Assembly (NCBI GenBank): GCA_001304315.1
Contig: LJUW01000001.1
Coordinates: 1 to 61,958 of the forward strand
From: a candidate division Zixibacteria bacterium SM23_73_2
GTDB lineage: Bacteria; Zixibacteria; MSB-5A5; SM23-73-2
DNA length: 61,958 nucleotides
Reading direction: 5' to 3'
Both the position numbers and the translations under genes were made by a program. Every line of letters begins with the position of its first letter. Within the stretch, counting starts at the first letter, position 1. Below the pieces are notes generated by a model. That model made no database searches and was not told the DNA's origin. It saw nothing but the letters and a program-made list of their open reading frames with translations. Positions 57,997-61,958 of the stretch are shown piece by piece.

Positions 57997-58155
57997 GGAG
58001 CTGTTGCTATACCCTGTTTTGTCATTCTGATACCCCGCCTTTGGCGAGGGAGAAGAATCTCATTCTCCCTGCGAATAAAAGATCCTTCACTTTGTTTCCC
58101 AGCCTGACCGCCAGGGACATACAGAGTGATATTTTTAGACTTCGGCAATAGCCCC
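57997..58155. mobile_element. MITE-like palindromic element, copy 3
   Basis: Terminal inverted repeats GGAGCTGTTGC / GCAATAGCCCC; internal TGTCATTCTGATACCCCGCCTTTGGCGAGGGAGAAGAATCTC matches 24326-24363 in reverse. Confidence 0.75.
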
Positions 58156-58216
58156 TTTTTGAGTCTGGGCATTCAGCCCATTCAGGTATTCTATGATGTA
58201 TTATCAAAAAAAGCCA

Positions 58217-59533
58217 TCACTTTATAAACTCACCGAATAAAGTCCAGCTATCGCAGTCTGAGATTTTCACCGGGACGATTTCTCCTAAAAGATCCTTCCC
58301 TGAAGAACCTTCTTTTTCATCTTTCAATATAACAGTTTTATTGTTTCTCGACTTTCCTTTCCAAGATTTTTTGTCCCTTCTACTTTTCCCATCGATTAAA
58401 ACCTCGACCTTTTCCCCGATTAATCCTTTGTTTTTTTCAAGCGAAATCCGTTTCTGAAGCTCTATTAATTCCTTCAGCCTTCTCAGTTTTTCCTTCTCGA
58501 AAACGTCATCCTCAAATTCAGCCGCCTTGGTCCCATCCCTTATCGAATAACGAAACATAAACGAGGAATCGAATTTGATTTCTCTCACCATATCCAGGGT
58601 CATTTCAAAATCCTTTTGTGTTTCAGATGGAAACCCCACTATCAAATCTGTGGTAAGGCTTAAATTTTTAATTTTTGATTTTGCATTTTGAATTTTCTCC
58701 AGGTACTCTTCAGATGTATATCCCCGGTTCATCTTTTCCAAGATTCTGGATGATCCCGACTGCAGAGGCAGATGCAGATGCTCGCACACTTTGGGAAGTT
58801 CAGCCATTTTTTCTATAAGCTTTAAAGATAGATCTTTGGGATGGGAGGTCATAAATCTTATTCTTTTAATGTCAGTTTTGTCATTTACTTCCTGCAGGAG
58901 ATCAGGAAAATCGTAATTCTTATCTTTATAGGAGTTCACGTTCTGCCCGACCAGCATAACTTCCAAACATCCGGATTTTGACAGACATTGGACTTCATTC
59001 AATATATCCTCGATATTTCTGTGTCTTTCCGGACCCCTGACATAGGGAACTATGCAATATGAGCAGAAATTATTGCATCCCCTCGATATTGCAACATGGG
59101 AGATGTATCTGTTTTTTCTTATTGGCAGAACGTCATCAAATATATTCTGCGAATCTTTAAAAGAAACATTTGCCAATCTGGTTTTGTTTTCCAGATATTC
59201 GGGCAAATTAAAAACCTGTGAGGTTCCCAAAATAAAATCAAGTAGAGGAGCAAAATCAAAAAGCCTCTCCCCTATTCTTTGAGCAACACACCCGATCATG
59301 ACTAATTTAACTTCAGGGTTTTTCACTTTATAATGGCTCAACTGAGTCAGCCTACCCAAAGCTCTTCTTTCCGCATGCTCTCTCACGCAGCAGGTATTAA
59401 GAACAATCACATCCGCATTTTCAGGTTTTTCAGTTAAGGAATAGCCTTTATCAGAGAGTATCCCCTTAAGCTTCTCAGAATCGTAAACATTCATCTGGCA
59501 GCCGTAGGTTTGTATGTAAACTTTCTTTCCCAT
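58217..59533 (-). CDS. miaB: tRNA-2-methylthio-N6-dimethylallyladenosine synthase
   Basis: TYGCQMN..DSE, NTCCVRE.AE, GCVAQ, GCNNFCSYCIVP..RG, GQNVNSY, RFMTSHP, TRAM domain. Likely start ATG at 59533. Confidence 0.95.
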   Translation of the reverse strand: MGKKVYIQTYGCQMNVYDSEKLKGILSDKGYSLTEKPENADVIVLNTCCVREHAERRALGRLTQLSHYKVKNPEVKLVMIGCVAQRIGERLFDFAPLLDFILGTSQVFNLPEYLENKTRLANVSFKDSQNIFDDVLPIRKNRYISHVAISRGCNNFCSYCIVPYVRGPERHRNIEDILNEVQCLSKSGCLEVMLVGQNVNSYKDKNYDFPDLLQEVNDKTDIKRIRFMTSHPKDLSLKLIEKMAELPKVCEHLHLPLQSGSSRILEKMNRGYTSEEYLEKIQNAKSKIKNLSLTTDLIVGFPSETQKDFEMTLDMVREIKFDSSFMFRYSIRDGTKAAEFEDDVFEKEKLRRLKELIELQKRISLEKNKGLIGEKVEVLIDGKSRRDKKSWKGKSRNNKTVILKDEKEGSSGKDLLGEIVPVKISDCDSWTLFGEFIK

Positions 59534-59600
59534 ATTAAAACGATTAATAATTATTTTGTTTTTCAATTAGAATACGACAAAAACACAGAAGGTCAAGCAA

Positions 59601-59847
59601 TTTGGAGTGCAAAAATTTATTGTTGCTAATTATTTGGAATGCAAAAATTTGTTTTTGCAATAGCAAAAATAAGCTACTGCAATCCGGTTAATTCTGCAAA
59701 GAACGTAGGGGAGTGCCTTGTGGGCTCCCGAAAACTCTGGAGTGTCAAGCTTCAGCTTGACTTGTAAACCCGAAAGGGTTTACTCAATGAATGCGTAAGT
59801 CAGGTCAGGCTATGCCTGACCAAGTTAGCCTAAAGGCTAACACTCCA
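59601..59847. repeat. Nested REP/REPIN cluster (GGAG- and GTAG-type)
   Basis: Direct repeat TTTGGA(G/A)TGCAAAAATTT twice; GTAG-GGGAG...CTCCC (59705-59729); TGGAGTGT...ACACTCCA (59738-59847) enclosing four hairpins. Confidence 0.75.
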
Positions 59848-59920
59848 AAGACATATTTTATGACACCCTTAATCCGTTTAATCTGTTGGGAAATCTTCCA
59901 CATCCATTTAATCCGTTGAC

Positions 59921-59946
59921 AAAAAAGGCGAGGTCTCCCTCGCCTT
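59921..59946 (-). terminator. Rho-independent terminator
   Basis: AAGGCGAGG-N4-CCTCGCCTT stem followed by a U-run on the minus strand, downstream of the lipoprotein gene. Confidence 0.65.
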
Positions 59947-59949
59947 CTT

Positions 59950-60015
59950 CTATTTACTGTCTACTGTTTTCTGTCTTCTGTTTACTGTCTACTGTTTACC
60001 GTTTTCCGTTTACTG
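59950..60015. repeat. 7-bp tandem array (9 units) including a stop codon
   Basis: CTATTTA CTGTCTA CTGTTTT CTGTCTT CTGTTTA CTGTCTA CTGTTTA CCGTTTT CCGTTTA CTG. Confidence 0.85.
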
Positions 60016-61596
60016 GCCATAGCCTGCCTTCCACTCCAGATCCTCCTTTAAAGCAGCGTAATCTATCCTCCCCACCCCGATAAATTCCGCCATCTCCTGT
60101 CCGGTCCACCTGGACCCAGTTGCCCACAGGGTTCTCAGATACTCTCCCGCCTCGGGATTGTCGTACCATCTCTCCCCGTATTTTTCCTTCAGCATCTTCT
60201 TAAGCTGTGCCTCCATAAACCAGGCTCTAAGGTAATCCACAGAGTAGAAATTGTCACCACCGAGAAGATACCTTATACTATCGATTCTGGCAAAGGTGAA
60301 GCCCAAAACCGGCTGGCGGATATTCACGTACTCCTCCATCAGGTTGGGGGCGTCAGTGTAAAGCAGCCTCTCGAACAAAAAGTTGGCGCAGTAAGACCTG
60401 GTCTGCAGAAGCCTGATAAAGGAGCGGTATCTTATGAATTCATTTAAATCATCCCCGGTGAAATTGAACTTCTCCTTTAAATAGATGGGATCCTCGATAA
60501 GATATTCAAATAGAAATGCATAGGTTTCTGTTACAGTATTATTCCCCAGATAATTGAACTCAAACCCTTCCTCTTTGCTATGCAAAAAGTGCTGGGCATG
60601 CCCCATCTCGTGGAAAAAGGCATCGTAATCATCGTGACCCCCGATAGGCTTGACGTTAATCCTCACGTCGTGAGGTATGGATGCCGGATAACAGGCAGCC
60701 CGGGGCTGCTTTTTGGGTCGCTCCTCAGTATCCAGTGTCAGCGCATCCTGCTGGTCCATATCTATTCCTATGCCCATAAGGGTCCCTTTCATTCGGGATA
60801 CCAGCTTCTCCTTGGGGAAATACTTATCGAACATCCCTCCTCTCCACAGCAGGGAGAAATCCCATGATCTGAAATCATCCACTGACACACCGGTCATCTT
60901 GGGAGCGTATTCTTTGAATAATTCGAAGTACAATGAATCGGTTGCCTTAATAAAAGACTGGCAAACCCCGGCAAACTGGTCAAAATCAGCTAAGCGGTAA
61001 TCCTCCAGAAACTCAGCCTGGTTTTCGTATCCGAACTCAGTTAGCATGGAATCGGTCTTAGCCATCCTTTCAGATTCTATGGCTTTCTGCTTGTCGATGG
61101 TCGGAATGCGGGCATAGCTTATCTTCTCTCTTTTGTTCCTGTCGGGCTCATAGGACATAACGTATCCGTACTGTCTGTAGGGAATGGTATCCTTGCCTAC
61201 GAAAATAACCGCCTCGGCATTCAGCTTGTTCATCATATCCTCGTATTTTGCGGTCTCCTGAGAGACGTATCCGTCGACCAGATAAACCCTGAGATAATCC
61301 AGCTTTTTTTTCTCAATCGGATCGGTGGTAAGGTCCATTGCTTTTTGCACTATCTGGATGTTCTCCTTGTCAAATATATCCTTGTATTTTTTCACAATCT
61401 GTTCATAATGGGATTCTTCTCCGTAAGCATCAGCCTGAAAGTAATCCACCAGAAGCTCCTTGACGTATTCAAATGACCTTGCCCGGAGTTGATCCAGCTT
61501 TTGAAGCTCACCCTGGGTAAGTTCCTGTTGGGCACAGGATGAAAAAAGGAAAAACAGAACCGCTACCCCGCAAAGAAAAAATAATCTCTTTCTCAT
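60010..61596 (-). CDS. Lipoprotein gluzincin metallopeptidase (M3/M32-like)
   Basis: Likely start ATG at 61596; lipobox FSSC; FFHEMGHAQH with a downstream Glu in TETYAFLFE; DYLRAW. Confidence 0.8.
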   Translation of the reverse strand: MRKRLFFLCGVAVLFFLFSSCAQQELTQGELQKLDQLRARSFEYVKELLVDYFQADAYGEESHYEQIVKKYKDIFDKENIQIVQKAMDLTTDPIEKKKLDYLRVYLVDGYVSQETAKYEDMMNKLNAEAVIFVGKDTIPYRQYGYVMSYEPDRNKREKISYARIPTIDKQKAIESERMAKTDSMLTEFGYENQAEFLEDYRLADFDQFAGVCQSFIKATDSLYFELFKEYAPKMTGVSVDDFRSWDFSLLWRGGMFDKYFPKEKLVSRMKGTLMGIGIDMDQQDALTLDTEERPKKQPRAACYPASIPHDVRINVKPIGGHDDYDAFFHEMGHAQHFLHSKEEGFEFNYLGNNTVTETYAFLFEYLIEDPIYLKEKFNFTGDDLNEFIRYRSFIRLLQTRSYCANFLFERLLYTDAPNLMEEYVNIRQPVLGFTFARIDSIRYLLGGDNFYSVDYLRAWFMEAQLKKMLKEKYGERWYDNPEAGEYLRTLWATGSRWTGQEMAEFIGVGRIDYAALKEDLEWKAGYGQ

Positions 61597-61677
61597 CTCT
61601 CTATCCTTTCTTAAAGAATTAGATTTTTCGATGCCAGAATAAAAATCAGATAATCCAAATACCTCCTTTCTCAAAAG

Positions 61678-61958
61678 TCACATTCCTAAGGTATCTTTTA
61701 ATTTATCAAAAAAACTTCTGCCACCTTTGGGAGGCCTGGTACCGGACATTCCTTTTAGCTTTTTTAAAAGCTCTTTCTCCTCACTTGACAGCCTGGTGGG
61801 GGTCCATACCACTATCCTCACCAGCTCGTCCCCCTTTCCGTAGCCCTGGAGATGGGGAATTCCCTTGCCTCTGAATCTGAAGAACTTTCCCGACTGCGTT
61901 CCCGGTGGAATTTTAAGACTGACCTTGCCATCCAGGGTGGGAACCTCGACCTCATCAC
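61678..61958 (-). CDS. dnaJ: Chaperone DnaJ, C-terminal part (runs off the window edge)
   Basis: Not in the ORF track. Manual translation: DEVEVPTLDGKVSLKIPPGTQSGKFFRFRGKGIPHLQGYGKGDELVRIVVWTPTRLSSEEKELLKKL...SFFDKLKDTLGM*. Confidence 0.93.
   Translation of the reverse strand, partial: DEVEVPTLDGKVSLKIPPGTQSGKFFRFRGKGIPHLQGYGKGDELVRIVVWTPTRLSSEEKELLKKLKGMSGTRPPKGGRSFFDKLKDTLGM

Noticed and set aside
57984-58207. Two ORFs of about 62 aa between the sensor gene and miaB
   Set aside because: They coincide with MITE-like copy 3 and show no recognisable protein features.
59886-60083. 65-aa hydrophobic ORF (CLLFSVFCLLSTVYRF) resembling a small toxin
   Set aside because: The hydrophobic stretch is just the translation of the heptamer array, and it lies antisense to a real gene end.
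618-61000. Numerous 60-180 aa ORFs antisense to or nested in long genes
   Set aside because: They are shadow frames of well-supported CDSs, with no motifs or independent initiation signals.
1-61958. CRISPR array or cas genes
   Set aside because: No run of identical 25-40 bp repeats with unique spacers was seen; the repeats are hairpins or 7-9 bp arrays, and no Cas-like ORF is present.

Overview
About 62 kb of core-type chromosome from a diderm, LPS-making bacterium. Dockerin- and FlgD/T9SS-CTD-like tails, GWxTD proteins and DUF362/AmrS genes suggest an FCB-group lineage such as candidate Zixibacteria (inference, not verified). Most genes are on the minus strand. In order: a DUF362 gene plus a Tat-signal AmmeMemoRadiSam radical SAM enzyme; a membrane-fused spermidine-synthase-like protein; a lipoprotein/outer-membrane-barrel pair behind a sigma54-type promoter; xerD and a diguanylate cyclase; a NatAB-type ABC exporter; two GWxTD proteins; a proteolytic cluster (papain-family peptidase with C-terminal dockerin, Na+/solute symporter, M16 peptidase, small cohesin-like protein with a CTD-like tail); a tRNA-Gly/Cys/Leu cluster interrupted by an AlkD-like gene; an LPS core cluster (four GT9, GT2, GT4, msbA, one GT9 fused to GmhB) holding a REP-flanked RAYT transposase; and housekeeping genes (uppP, pgeF, rel/spoT, tatC, nrdR, cutA, pyk, miaB, partial dnaJ). 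The intergenic DNA is rich in palindromes: GTAG/GGAG-type REPs, REPIN-like doublets with compensatory changes, a three-copy MITE-like family and 7-8 bp tandem arrays at gene boundaries. No CRISPR array, rRNA or prophage was seen. The best candidates for undescribed systems are a cohesin-dockerin surface proteolytic complex and a Tat-exported radical SAM/DUF362/SAM-binding membrane module. All family calls come from motif recognition by eye, not database searches.
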